NCBI GenBank assembly: GCA_019358935.1 | Contig: JAHHIK010000008.1 | Location: 1 to 64,000 of the forward strand | Length of the DNA: 64,000 nucleotides | Direction: 5' to 3' | Origin: Tolypothrix carrinoi HA7290-LM1 | GTDB lineage: Bacteria; Cyanobacteriota; Cyanobacteriia; Cyanobacteriales; Nostocaceae | In this document: piece after piece, positions 11,715 to 21,088 of the stretch | How the letters are laid out: the number at the start of each line of letters is the position of its first letter | How positions within the stretch are numbered: the first letter of the stretch is position 1 | Program-made: the position numbers and the translations under genes | Notes under the pieces: generated by a model | Database searches by the model: none | What the model was told of the DNA's origin: nothing | The model's input: the letters and a program-made list of their open reading frames with translations, nothing else

Positions 11715-12461
11715 ATGACTCTTCAAGCAATCGATACCAAAACGGTTAAGCTTTCCCAAGGCAATCTAGAAATACAAGCTTACCTGGCACAACCACAAGA
11801 ACCAGGTTCCTACCCAGGTATTGTGGTATTGCAAGAAATTTTTGGTGTCAACGCCCATATCCGCGAAGTTACAGAACGTATTGCCAAACTTGGATATGTG
11901 GCGATCGCCCCAGCAATTTTTCAACGTATCGCCCCAGGTTTTGAAACTGGCTATACCCCAGAAGATATTGAAACTGGCAGAAACTATGCGATGCAAACTA
12001 AAGCATCAGAGTTACTGAGCGATGTTCAAACGGCGATTGACTACCTCAAAAGCCTCCCCCAAGTGAAAAAAGATGGTTTTGGGTGTATTGGCTTTTGCTT
12101 TGGCGGTCATGTAGCATATCTCACCTCTACTTTACCAGATATTAAAGCTACCGCTTCATTCTACGGCGCAGGCATTACCAGCCGCACACCAGGAGGCGGC
12201 GCTCCTACCCTTACCCTCACTCCAGATATCAAAGGCACATTATATGCTTTTTTTGGCAAGGAAGATGCCAGCATTCCTCAAGAGCAGGTAGATCAAATAG
12301 AGGCAGAGTTAGAAAAATATAAAATCGAGCATCGTGTGTTTCGCTACGATGGAGCTGACCACGGATTTTTCTGTGACCATCGCGCCAGCTATAATCCTAA
12401 AGCTGCGGCTGATGCTTGGGAGCAGGTGAAACAACTGTTTGACAGCCAGCTGGCGGTGTAG
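11715..12461 (+). CDS. Dienelactone hydrolase family protein
   Basis: LQEIFGVN, GFCFGG, YDGADHGF. Confidence 0.92.
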   Translation: MTLQAIDTKTVKLSQGNLEIQAYLAQPQEPGSYPGIVVLQEIFGVNAHIREVTERIAKLGYVAIAPAIFQRIAPGFETGYTPEDIETGRNYAMQTKASELLSDVQTAIDYLKSLPQVKKDGFGCIGFCFGGHVAYLTSTLPDIKATASFYGAGITSRTPGGGAPTLTLTPDIKGTLYAFFGKEDASIPQEQVDQIEAELEKYKIEHRVFRYDGADHGFFCDHRASYNPKAAADAWEQVKQLFDSQLAV

Positions 12462-12630
12462 AAACAAACGCCTTGCAATTCGCACCAACGCGATCACAAG
12501 CGCGATTCGCTCACCAAAGAACCGCCTGACTGCACGCATAACTACTACTGAGTTGTTAAGTGGACGTTGTTTGGCGGTTAATAAAACTCCAGTGGCATCA
12601 GCTCTATATAGCAATTTATCTGAAAAGATC

Positions 12631-13536
12631 ATGAATTCCGAAGCGAAACTTTCTCAAAAAGCCAACTCGTCGTTCACAATGGACGATTTTGCCAAAGCAC
12701 TGGAAAAACACGACTATCAGTTTCAAAAGGGACAGGTGGTACACGGTAAAGTGTTCCAGCTTGACCATGATGGAGCATATGTCGATATTGGCGGCAAATC
12801 TTCCGCTTTTATCCCCCGCGATGAGGCTTCTTTGAGAGCAGTAATCAATTTGTCGGAGGTGTTGCCGCTACAAGAAGAACTGGAATTTATAATTATCCGA
12901 GAACAGGATGCAGAAGGTCAAGTTACCCTGTCTCGGAAACAGTTGGAAATTAAGCACATCTGGGAACGGCTGGTGCAAATGCAGGAAAACAGCCAGACGG
13001 TACAAGTGCGGGTAATGGGCGTGAATAAAGGTGGTGTCACCGTTGATTTGCTAGGTTTGCGGGGATTTATTCCGCGATCGCACTTGGTTGAGCGTGATAA
13101 TTTAGAAGCTCTTAAAGGTCAAACTCTAACTACTGGCTTTTTAGAAATTGATCGCAATAATAATAAGCTCATACTTTCTCAGCGCTTGGCGACTCGTTCT
13201 GCCGGCTTCAGTATGTTGACTAATGGTCAGTTGGTCGAAGGTAAAGTTACTGGTATCAAGCCTTTTGGCGTGTTTGTTGATTTGTCAGGTATTAGTGCCT
13301 TACTCCACATTAAGCAGGTAAGCCAAAAATTTATTGACAATCTAGAAAAAGTGTTTCAAGTCGGTCAGCACGTTAAAGCTGTAATTATTGACTTGGATGA
13401 AGGTAAAGGTCGCGTTGCTCTTTCTACCAGAGTTTTGGAAAACTTCCCAGGCGAAATTCTGGAGAATATGGACGAGGTAATGGCTTCAGCCGAAGCGCGT
13501 GCTATGCGTGCGTCGAACAAAGCTGAAGAAAGCTAG
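12631..13536 (+). CDS. S1 RNA-binding domain protein (ribosomal protein S1 homologue, Rps1b type); start reassigned to ATG 12631
   Basis: Three S1 domains (GAYVDIG, GVTVDL-GFIPRS, FGVFVDL). Confidence 0.88.
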   Translation: MNSEAKLSQKANSSFTMDDFAKALEKHDYQFQKGQVVHGKVFQLDHDGAYVDIGGKSSAFIPRDEASLRAVINLSEVLPLQEELEFIIIREQDAEGQVTLSRKQLEIKHIWERLVQMQENSQTVQVRVMGVNKGGVTVDLLGLRGFIPRSHLVERDNLEALKGQTLTTGFLEIDRNNNKLILSQRLATRSAGFSMLTNGQLVEGKVTGIKPFGVFVDLSGISALLHIKQVSQKFIDNLEKVFQVGQHVKAVIIDLDEGKGRVALSTRVLENFPGEILENMDEVMASAEARAMRASNKAEES

Positions 13537-13920
13537 TTGATAGTTGTTGGTGAGTCAGTGCGTTGGGCGGGTTTCCCGACTTGAAGCATCTGACGAACCC
13601 GAAGGGTTGATAGTTGTTGGTTGTTGGTTGTTGGTTGTTGGTTGATGGTTGATGGTTGTTGGTTGATAGTTGTTGGTTGATAGTTGTTGGTGAGTCAGTG
13701 CGTTGGGCGGGTTTCCCGACTTGAAGCATCTGACGAACCCGAAGGGTTGATAGTTGTTGGTTGATGGTTGTTGGTTGATGGTTGTTGGTTGATGGTTGTT
13801 GGTTGATAGTTGTTTTTCCACTAACGACTAACTACTAACGATTAACCACTAACGACTAACCACTAACTACTAACCACTAACGACTAACCACTAACGACTA
13901 ACCACTAACTACTAACCACT
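13537..13920. repeat. STRR array (TTG(A/T)T(A/G)G then AACCACT/AACGACT) containing two identical ~56-bp inserts (13551-13606, 13691-13746)
   Basis: Directly visible 140-bp-period duplication. Confidence 0.9.
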
Positions 13921-14392
13921 TACTCTGTTGGCGATAGCTGTCTCGCAGTTCCTGCAATCTTTCTTCATGAAACGCAAATTTAATTAACGCGACCAATTTG
14001 CCCCAAGTGTACAATACAGCTTCTGAGGGCGATCGCCAAAATTCGTTTAGAAAAAATTTCACCCACAACTCAGGCGCTTTGCAACTTTTCCCAGGCTCAT
14101 TTTGCTTTTTCCAACGCTTGCGCCATTTGATGAAGTCGGCTGTGGTGGGTGGCTCTACTCCCACTATTGGCGGAAAATCAGCGTAGCTGACAAATTTACT
14201 CACACCCTTAGCGTGGACGTAAACTATATATCGCCAGCATTCCACTACATAAATATCTTCAAAGTTAATGTTAAACATGATTGTCACCGCCTCTTCTGTG
14301 ACAAATCGCGAACTGGAGTGACGAATGGACGATTTGTGTACTATTTTTGATTCACGGATGACTATCGCTTTTGGTTTGAGTGATGATAACAT
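13898..14392 (-). CDS. Hypothetical protein divergent from XRE-HTH gene; last residues encoded by the STRR array
   Basis: 164-aa ORF with paralogous 5' remnants at 14760-15246 and 15755-15812. Confidence 0.7.
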   Translation of the reverse strand: MLSSLKPKAIVIRESKIVHKSSIRHSSSRFVTEEAVTIMFNINFEDIYVVECWRYIVYVHAKGVSKFVSYADFPPIVGVEPPTTADFIKWRKRWKKQNEPGKSCKAPELWVKFFLNEFWRSPSEAVLYTWGKLVALIKFAFHEERLQELRDSYRQQSKWLVVSG

Positions 14393-14508
14393 AAAGTAAA
14401 CCTGTGAGCGGATTTGGACGAAAATTCCATCCCGTTTACGGAATTTGAACTAAGCGATCGCCTTTGTGTTTCCTACGCCTAAGGGCGATCGTTTTATAGA
14501 CTACAATT

Positions 14509-14537
14509 ATTAAAGACTCATATAAATCATTTGTCAA
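14509..14537 (-). promoter_or_regulatory. Putative sigma70-type promoter facing the divergent gene (TTGACA-17-TTTAAT)
   Basis: Minus-strand -35/-10 match; TTGACA is conserved at the equivalent position in all three module copies. Confidence 0.55.
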
Positions 14538-14544
14538 GTAAATT

Positions 14545-14757
14545 ATGGGAATGATTAGGCTGCGCGTTCGAGAGTTTGCTGCACAGAAGGGTTGGACGAT
14601 AAAAGAAGTATCTGACCGTTCCGGCGTGGTCTACAGCACTCTGAGAACATATGCGCGATCGCCTGGATTAGAAACTGTTGACTTTACGGCAATCCAGAAG
14701 TTAGCCCGCACGTTTGATGTGATGATTGAAGACTTAGTGGAGGTAGTACGGGAGTAG
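14545..14757 (+). CDS. XRE/Cro-type helix-turn-helix protein, copy 1
   Basis: 70 aa, GWTIKEVSDRSGVVYSTL...IQKLARTFDV. Confidence 0.88.
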   Translation: MGMIRLRVREFAAQKGWTIKEVSDRSGVVYSTLRTYARSPGLETVDFTAIQKLARTFDVMIEDLVEVVRE

Positions 14758-14759
14758 GC

Positions 14760-15246
14760 AACTAATCGTAATTTATATATCGCTAGCATTCTGTGCAAAT
14801 AAATATCTTTAAAGAAGTTAATGTTAAACATGATTGTCAACGCTGAATTGTGTGACAAATCGCTCTTGTTGAAGTGGCGAATGGACGATTTGTGTACTAT
14901 TTTTGATTCACGGATGACGATGTCTATCGACAAGCCCAACGGGAGAGGGAGTTCGCAATCGACGGTCGATCGGAGCCACTGCGGTGAAGCAGCCCCCGAC
15001 GGGCGCGGTTCCCGTCGATGGGGGACTGCACCAAGCCTTTATGGTGGACGGGTCTCCCGGCATAAAGGAGCCGCTTTCGCCTGGGCGGGTCTCCCGACCC
15101 CTTCGGGGTCAACGAGATTCCCATCGACGCAAAGCGCCAAGACGGGAACTCGTTGACTTGAGGCGACTGGCGTCAAGTGGCGTCCTTTCCCTGCGACTCC
15201 CTCACCGCTGCTTTGTCTACGCTTTTGGTTTGAGTGATGATAACAT
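14760..15246 (-). pseudogene. Truncated, interrupted paralogue of 13898..14392
   Basis: Encodes IRESKIVHKSSIRH...TIMFNINF, frameshifts afterwards, and is split by a 298-bp insertion. Confidence 0.85.
14922..15219 (+). mobile_element. Composite small dispersed repeat/MITE inserted in a HIP1-like site (ACGAT^CGC)
   Basis: Absent from paralogous sites 14361-14368 and 15781-15788; shares ends and core with 50413-50542. Confidence 0.88.
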
Positions 15247-15376
15247 AAAGTAAACCTCACGTTGTAATGAGATACCTTTTGATTTAAGGGATTCTTGTTT
15301 GACGAGATATAGTTTTTGTGTAAAGCGCGATCGCCATAAAAGTTTCCTACGCCAAAGGGCGATCGTTTTATACTAT

Positions 15377-15405
15377 AGTATAATTAAACGACTAAATATA
15401 GTCAA
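15377..15405 (-). promoter_or_regulatory. Putative promoter TTGACT-17-TATACT, overlapping palindrome GACTA-N4-TAGTC
   Basis: Near-consensus minus-strand match just upstream of HTH copy 2. Confidence 0.5.
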
Positions 15406-15418
15406 TTGTCAACAGGGA

Positions 15419-15631
15419 ATGGGAGTAATTAGGCTACGGATTAGGGAACTTGCAGCTGAGAAAGGCTGGACAATCAAGGAAGTGTCAGATCGTTCCGGCG
15501 TGGTGTACAGTACTTTGAGAACCTATGCCCGTTCGCCTGGGATGTCAATGGTTGACTTTACTGCAATCCAGAAGTTAGCCCGCACGTTTGATGTGATGAT
15601 TGAGGATTTAGTTGAAGTCGTTGAGGACTAG
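15419..15631 (+). CDS. XRE/Cro-type HTH protein, copy 2 (start reassigned to ATG 15419)
   Basis: 70 aa, colinear with copy 1. Confidence 0.88.
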   Translation: MGVIRLRIRELAAEKGWTIKEVSDRSGVVYSTLRTYARSPGMSMVDFTAIQKLARTFDVMIEDLVEVVED

Positions 15632-15965
15632 GCTATCTAGGAACAATTTTTCTTTTGATCCATGAGAAATCCATTGGCTAAGATTATGTGGCAGGAGAAA
15701 TAACAACAATATTTCCCCCTGCTTTGAGCGCTTTTTGCAAGCACTGCCTAAAATGGTGAACTACTTTTGATTCACGGATGACGATCGCTTTTGGTTTGAG
15801 TGATGATAACATAAAAGAAACCTGTGAGCGGATTTGGACGAAAATTCCATTTCGTTTACGGGATTTGAACTAAGCGATCGCCTTTGTGTTTTCCAGGACT
15901 TAAGGCGATCGTTTTATAGCTTACAATTATTAAACGACAATAAAGTATCACTTGTCAAGCGCAAA

Positions 15966-16178
15966 ATGGGGCTTGTTAGGTTAAAAATTAGAGAATTTGC
16001 TGATGAAAAGGGCTGGACGTTGAAAGAAGTGTCTGACCGTTCGGGATTAGTGTATAGTACGGTAAGAGCCTATGCACGATCACCTGGGATGGGAAGCGTT
16101 GACTTTACGGCAATCCAGAAATTAGCCCGTTTGTTTGATGTGATGATTGAGGATTTAGTTGAAGTAATCGAGGAGTAA
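15966..16178 (+). CDS. XRE/Cro-type HTH protein, copy 3 (start reassigned to ATG 15966)
   Basis: 70 aa, colinear with copies 1 and 2. Confidence 0.88.
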   Translation: MGLVRLKIREFADEKGWTLKEVSDRSGLVYSTVRAYARSPGMGSVDFTAIQKLARLFDVMIEDLVEVIEE

Positions 16179-16213
16179 GCGATCGCGCTTTTCCCAAGCG
16201 ATCGCGTTGCATG

Positions 16214-16642
16214 TTAATCCCACCAAGCGTACAGAACACTAAAATTTATCTCTGTTTCATCAGCGCTTTCTGCAAATTTCTCAAACTCATCTCTGAGATT
16301 AAAATCAATTCGAGATTCAATTAGTTCCGTCTCTATCCTTACTTCAATTCCCTCAATGCTGGTTCGGTAATCTTCTCGGTCAGGGGAAATAGCATATCCA
16401 ATAAAGACCGGATTATAACCTTTGGCAACACAATTTTTGCCGAATTCGTAGAATTGCTCAATTGTGGGAGAAAAGTTTTGTTTTTCCTGTGGGTTAGCAA
16501 ATCCCTCTTCTAACAACTTCTCTAGCTGATCCAAAGACAAGTTGTGGAAATGCTCCGCACCACCTAAATCTTCATTCCAGTTTATACGCTCACCAAAAAC
16601 AATTTCATCGCGTCGATGATAATCGTGGTTAAGATTGTTCAT
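16214..16642 (-). CDS. Hypothetical acidic protein
   Basis: 142-aa ORF with protein-like composition, downstream of the TA pair. Confidence 0.7.
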   Translation of the reverse strand: MNNLNHDYHRRDEIVFGERINWNEDLGGAEHFHNLSLDQLEKLLEEGFANPQEKQNFSPTIEQFYEFGKNCVAKGYNPVFIGYAISPDREDYRTSIEGIEVRIETELIESRIDFNLRDEFEKFAESADETEINFSVLYAWWD

Positions 16643-16681
16643 TTGATTGTTTTGTGTATTCTAATTGATTGGCGTTTTAAT

Positions 16682-17134
16682 TCAGAACAAGAGCGGAACC
16701 TCAAAATCATTGAACGAGATAACATCGTAAGACGTGGCAGCTAAAGCCTTAACAAGCTTTTGATCAAGAGTCAATAAAGTAACACTAACTTGTTGTGAAA
16801 GCGCAACATAAGAAGCTTCATTTGCCGAAATTCCATGAGTTAAGGCAATATTTACAGCATCAGCCATTAAATCAGCAGTGGAGACGACACGCAACGGAAA
16901 AGCTTTGAGAGTGACTAAATCTGTTTGAACTTCAGCAGCAGTGTACATTCCTGCACGGACATATTTCCAGAAAGTGTTAGCACACTCAATGTAAAATAGG
17001 TCTGGGATGAAAATTTCTGTTTGTGGATTGGCAAAGTGATCAAACAGTTGATTAACTTTTGGCGTTAGCGGATCGGCGATAAATTGCTTGATGCACACAC
17101 TGGTATCCACGACGCATCTAAGAGGAGTAGTCAT
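16682..17134 (-). CDS. VapC/PIN-domain toxin
   Basis: VVDTSV N-terminal motif, IECAN, LLTLDQKL; ATGA overlap with upstream antitoxin. Confidence 0.88.
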   Translation of the reverse strand: MTTPLRCVVDTSVCIKQFIADPLTPKVNQLFDHFANPQTEIFIPDLFYIECANTFWKYVRAGMYTAAEVQTDLVTLKAFPLRVVSTADLMADAVNIALTHGISANEASYVALSQQVSVTLLTLDQKLVKALAATSYDVISFNDFEVPLLF

Positions 17135-17397
17135 CTGTCGCGGTCTTCTCTAATTAATTCGGTACTATCGGGTAATCCGAAATCACCGGGGTTGACTCGA
17201 CGACGGTTGCGACTTTCCTCTAGAAGTTTTACGACATTTTGTCGCTTTTGTTCTTCTGTTTCTTGTGCTTGAGTTGTTAAGACTTGTTCTAACAAAGTGA
17301 TAACTTGGGCATTTATTGAACGGTGCTGAGATGCGGCTAACTCTTGCAGCTTTGCATATAAATCATCAGGTAAATTTCTTACATAAAGGGTAGCCAT
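17131..17397 (-). CDS. Ribbon-helix-helix (Arc/FitA-like) antitoxin
   Basis: MATLYVRNLPDDL...RSINAQV...DSTELIREDRDR. Confidence 0.88.
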   Translation of the reverse strand: MATLYVRNLPDDLYAKLQELAASQHRSINAQVITLLEQVLTTQAQETEEQKRQNVVKLLEESRNRRRVNPGDFGLPDSTELIREDRDR

Positions 17398-17687
17398 TGG
17401 TTGACCTCCTAGCAGGATTTATCCTTTATGCTAGCACAATGCAAGCTGGGAAGGGAGGGGAGCGATCGCGCAAATTATTTGTCTGTGCGATCGCTAAATT
17501 GTTTGTTGGATGTGAATTACATAGACTGTGCGAAATTCCCATTACTACTAGCAAATAGGGATTTTAAGATTTACCAGCCAAGTTATGTTATGTATTATCA
17601 CGTAAATTTAAGTTTCCGTAAGAGTACCCAGGATTAATTATTGCCATTAATTGTATAAAAAATACAAGTTATTCATGGGTTGAAACG

Positions 17688-18089
17688 ATGTTTTTACGCT
17701 TTGCATATATTGGACTATGTTTGTTATCGATTGCTATAACTTTTTATGTGAAAGCTCAACTTGAGAAATTTCTGGAAAAGAATACAGCGATCGCCAATGA
17801 CAAATCCCTAGAAGAATATAAATCTATTGTGCGGCTTAATATGTATGGAGCGCTAGCTCAAATCATTGTAATTATTGGTGCGTTTGGTAGTTGCGTTGCC
17901 TTTATTGTTACTCAAGGTTTTACAGGAGTATTTTCATTATTTATGTTGGGGTTTGCGGTTAGTTTCATGAAACAGATAAGCCAGCTTGAAGAAAAAGCGC
18001 GATCGCTTACTTGTGCAACCACCCAACTAGACCGTCAATATAAAAACATTTCTCATGTTTGGAAGAAAAAAGCTCTCCCAGATTTCTAA
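17688..18089 (+). CDS. Hypothetical membrane protein
   Basis: About three hydrophobic segments. Confidence 0.7.
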   Translation: MFLRFAYIGLCLLSIAITFYVKAQLEKFLEKNTAIANDKSLEEYKSIVRLNMYGALAQIIVIIGAFGSCVAFIVTQGFTGVFSLFMLGFAVSFMKQISQLEEKARSLTCATTQLDRQYKNISHVWKKKALPDF

Positions 18090-18175
18090 GTTTTTCGCAA
18101 GACTTAGATTAGAGCAATCAGACTTCTACACTTCAAAAATAAAAATTTAATTTAGCAATATAAATTTTACAAATC

Positions 18176-18556
18176 ATGACTAGCAAAACAAAACAAATCT
18201 CAGATTCGCGAAAAAAATTATCTTCTGCTTACCGTGCAGTCTATGCAGTTGGAGTTTTGAGTCTTTTTCTGGGGATATTAGCATTTGTTGCTGGCAATAA
18301 ATTAAGCGAAGGAACGACAATAGGAATTATCTTTTTTACTTTTGGTTTACTTTACTTAGTTTTGGGTTTTTTCGTACAGCGCAAATCAAAGCTTGCTTTG
18401 GGAATTGCTGTAGGTTTTATGCTACTAAATTTATTAACTGGTATTTACAATATGATTCAAACTGGTAAACCAGTAGGTTTGATTGTTCCCATCGTGTTCT
18501 TCAGCCAAACATGGGAAGGATTTAAAGCTATACAAGTATTAAAACGAGGAAATTAA
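18176..18556 (+). CDS. Hypothetical membrane protein
   Basis: About four hydrophobic segments. Confidence 0.7.
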   Translation: MTSKTKQISDSRKKLSSAYRAVYAVGVLSLFLGILAFVAGNKLSEGTTIGIIFFTFGLLYLVLGFFVQRKSKLALGIAVGFMLLNLLTGIYNMIQTGKPVGLIVPIVFFSQTWEGFKAIQVLKRGN

Positions 18557-18658
18557 AGTTCTAGGTTGGCTTAAAAGCACTCTTTTTGAGATATGCCCTA
18601 AACAAACCTCACAAAATTAACTTCAAAAGCACTCTTCGCCTAATCAAGAAAATTTCAA

Positions 18659-18743
18659 CGGAGAAGGGGAGATTCGAACTCCCGGATGCTTTCACATCAT
18701 CCGATTTCAAGTCGGACGCAATCGACCACTCTGCCACCTCTCC
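18659..18743 (-). tRNA. trnS: tRNA-Ser(TGA)
   Basis: GGAGAGG/CTTCTCC acceptor stem, TCCGA-CTTGAAA-TCGGA anticodon arm, long variable arm, GGGAG-TTCGAAT-CTCCC T arm; CCA not encoded. Confidence 0.96.
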
Positions 18744-18787
18744 AGGTAGACTGTCAGCTAAGACAGACATATCATACTATATCTCAT

Positions 18788-19774
18788 TTACGCAGTTTGC
18801 ACTACTTGATTGGGTTGTTCATATAAAATTTCTTCTGAAGCAACGGTGAAATCTTTGCCAACCCAAACTAAAGAGACTTGGGAAACAACACCTGCTTTCA
18901 AGGTGACTATCGAGAAATTACGCAAGCGATCGCTATTATTTTCCACAATCCTCGGCACACTCGCTGCATTTAAATAAATCGTGTTTTCTGTGGCTACAAG
19001 CGACTTTCGCAACATTTTCTTTGTGTGTCGCAAACTATGGTGCATGTGACCAAATGTTACCAGAGGAATGCTTTTCCCAGCAGCGCGAACAGAAGCGATC
19101 GCCTCGGTAAAATCTGGATCGCCAAAGTCTCCACCTTTCGGTTCCCAATCTTTACCACAAGGGTCTTCAGGACGATCGCCTAAACCAACGGGTCCATTGT
19201 GACCGATAAAAATAATTGTCTCATAAGCGGCGCTGTTTGCTGCCGCGACAATGCGATCGCAAGATTCTTTAAAACTCGTCACTTTATAACGTTCTTCGTA
19301 GAAATCATTATTTTTCCACTGCGGTCCACCCCAGCTAAAGGGACGACTCCCCACCACAGATAAATTTAAATCGGGAAAATCCAGCTTGCTGTAACCGACA
19401 TGAATTTCACCCAATAAATCGAGTTGTTGCTGTACCCAATCTTCTTTAGTGCGATCGTAGGGACACTTTCTGCGTCCCCAATCTGTAGCAGAGTACCATG
19501 CATCGTGGTTTCCCATCACCGCTGCTTTGGGGATGTCAAGGGAAGCGATCGCTTTCACCACCGAAACTGACTCATTGCCAAAATCCCCTACAAACAGCAC
19601 TAAGTCAATACCCAGATGTTTGAGCGCAATTCCATCTTCTTCTTCCCATTGGTCGTGAACATCTCCGACTACAGCTATTTTCACCATGCTTGTTTTTTTC
19701 TGACTGCTCATGCCATCTTCCTTGCCATCTTCTTCCAGCATAGGAAACTCAAGCTGATTTTGACACAATCCCAA
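18788..19774 (-). CDS. devT: Calcineurin-like metallophosphoesterase, DevT-like (true start probably ~19711)
   Basis: GDVH, GDFG, GNHD, GHMH motifs; divergent from nadA. Confidence 0.7.
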   Translation of the reverse strand: MGLCQNQLEFPMLEEDGKEDGMSSQKKTSMVKIAVVGDVHDQWEEEDGIALKHLGIDLVLFVGDFGNESVSVVKAIASLDIPKAAVMGNHDAWYSATDWGRRKCPYDRTKEDWVQQQLDLLGEIHVGYSKLDFPDLNLSVVGSRPFSWGGPQWKNNDFYEERYKVTSFKESCDRIVAAANSAAYETIIFIGHNGPVGLGDRPEDPCGKDWEPKGGDFGDPDFTEAIASVRAAGKSIPLVTFGHMHHSLRHTKKMLRKSLVATENTIYLNAASVPRIVENNSDRLRNFSIVTLKAGVVSQVSLVWVGKDFTVASEEILYEQPNQVVQTA

Positions 19775-19865
19775 AGAAGGAGGATTACCGACCTTCTATT
19801 TTTGGTAAAAACTACTATAATTGATTCCACAAGACAATTACTGCATCTCTTAGCAACTCCTAACT

Positions 19866-20840
19866 GTGTTTACCACTGCACTTGCTCAACGAGAAAACAC
19901 CCAACTGGGTGCATTACCACGCGATTTATTTGCCGCGATTGAGAGTCTGAAAAAAGAACTCAACGCGGTAATTCTGGCACATTATTATCAAGAGCCAGAT
20001 ATTCAGGATATCGCAGACTTTATTGGCGATTCACTACAATTGGCAAATGCAGCAGCGAAAACCAATGCTGATGTAATTGTCTTTGCTGGTGTTCACTTCA
20101 TGGCAGAAACGGCAAAGATTCTCAATCCTGACAAATTGGTACTTTTACCAGATTTGACTGCTGGTTGTTCTTTAGCTGATAGTTGTCCACCGCAGGATTT
20201 TGCAGAGTTTAAAGCAGCGCATCCCGGACATTTGGTGATTTCTTACATCAACTGTTCCGCCGAAATTAAGGCGATGAGCGATATTATCTGCACCAGTTCC
20301 AACGCTGTGAAGATAGTGCAGCAGATACCGAAAGAGCAGCCGATTATTTTTGCTCCCGATCGCAACTTGGGACGGTATGTAATGGAACAAACAAAGCGAG
20401 ACTTGGTACTGTGGCAAGGAAGCTGTATTGTGCATGAAACCTTTTCTGAGAAGAAGATGGTGCAGTTAAAAATAGCACATCCACTAGCGGAGGCGATCGC
20501 CCACCCAGAATGCGAAACTTCCGTATTGCGCCACGCCAGCTTTATTGGCTCTACAGCGGCTTTACTCAAATATTGTCAAGAAAGTCCAACAAAAGAATTC
20601 ATCGTGGCTACAGAGCCAGGAATCATTCACCAAATGCAAAAATTAGCACCGCACAAACAGTTTATTCCCGCACCGCCGATGAATAATTGTAATTGTAACG
20701 AGTGTCCGTTTATGCGGTTGAATACGCTGGAGAAGTTGTATTTGGCAATGAAGAATCGGGCGCCGGAAATTACGATGTCTGAAGAGATACGATTAGCAGC
20801 GTTGCGTCCGATGCAGCGGATGTTAGAGATGAGCGCGTAA
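19866..20840 (+). CDS. nadA: Quinolinate synthase
   Basis: ILAHYYQ, GVHFMAE, GCSLA, YINCSA, AHPEC, CPFM. Confidence 0.96.
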   Translation: MFTTALAQRENTQLGALPRDLFAAIESLKKELNAVILAHYYQEPDIQDIADFIGDSLQLANAAAKTNADVIVFAGVHFMAETAKILNPDKLVLLPDLTAGCSLADSCPPQDFAEFKAAHPGHLVISYINCSAEIKAMSDIICTSSNAVKIVQQIPKEQPIIFAPDRNLGRYVMEQTKRDLVLWQGSCIVHETFSEKKMVQLKIAHPLAEAIAHPECETSVLRHASFIGSTAALLKYCQESPTKEFIVATEPGIIHQMQKLAPHKQFIPAPPMNNCNCNECPFMRLNTLEKLYLAMKNRAPEITMSEEIRLAALRPMQRMLEMSA

Positions 20841-21088
20841 GCAATTTTAGATTTGGGATTTTGGATTGAAAAAATCTCAAATCCTAAATCTGAAAATATT
20901 GGGCTTGGAGAGTTTGTGGAGATGCGATCGCATCTCTACAGAATTGCTTTGTTGGGTTTCACTTCGTTTTACTCTACCTACTGGTCTGTTTCATTAGTTT
21001 TAATGCGTGCGAGAATCCCGACTTCTTCAAGAAGTCGGGATTCTGACCACCGTCACCTCTGAAAATTAATCAAACGCACCACTACAGG

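Noticed and set aside
12439..12630. N-terminal extension of the S1 protein
   Set aside because: Overlaps the upstream gene and is not S1-like; ATG 12631 is the more plausible start.
14821..15260. ORFs over the GC-rich insert as a transposase
   Set aside because: No transposase motifs; stop-poor frames arise from the GC-rich nested element.
13898..18743. Integrative island anchored at tRNA-Ser 3' end
   Set aside because: No integrase and no duplicated tRNA 3' end found by eye; accessory genes alone are insufficient.
18586..18849. 87-aa ORF
   Set aside because: Antisense to tRNA-Ser and overlaps the devT-like gene end.
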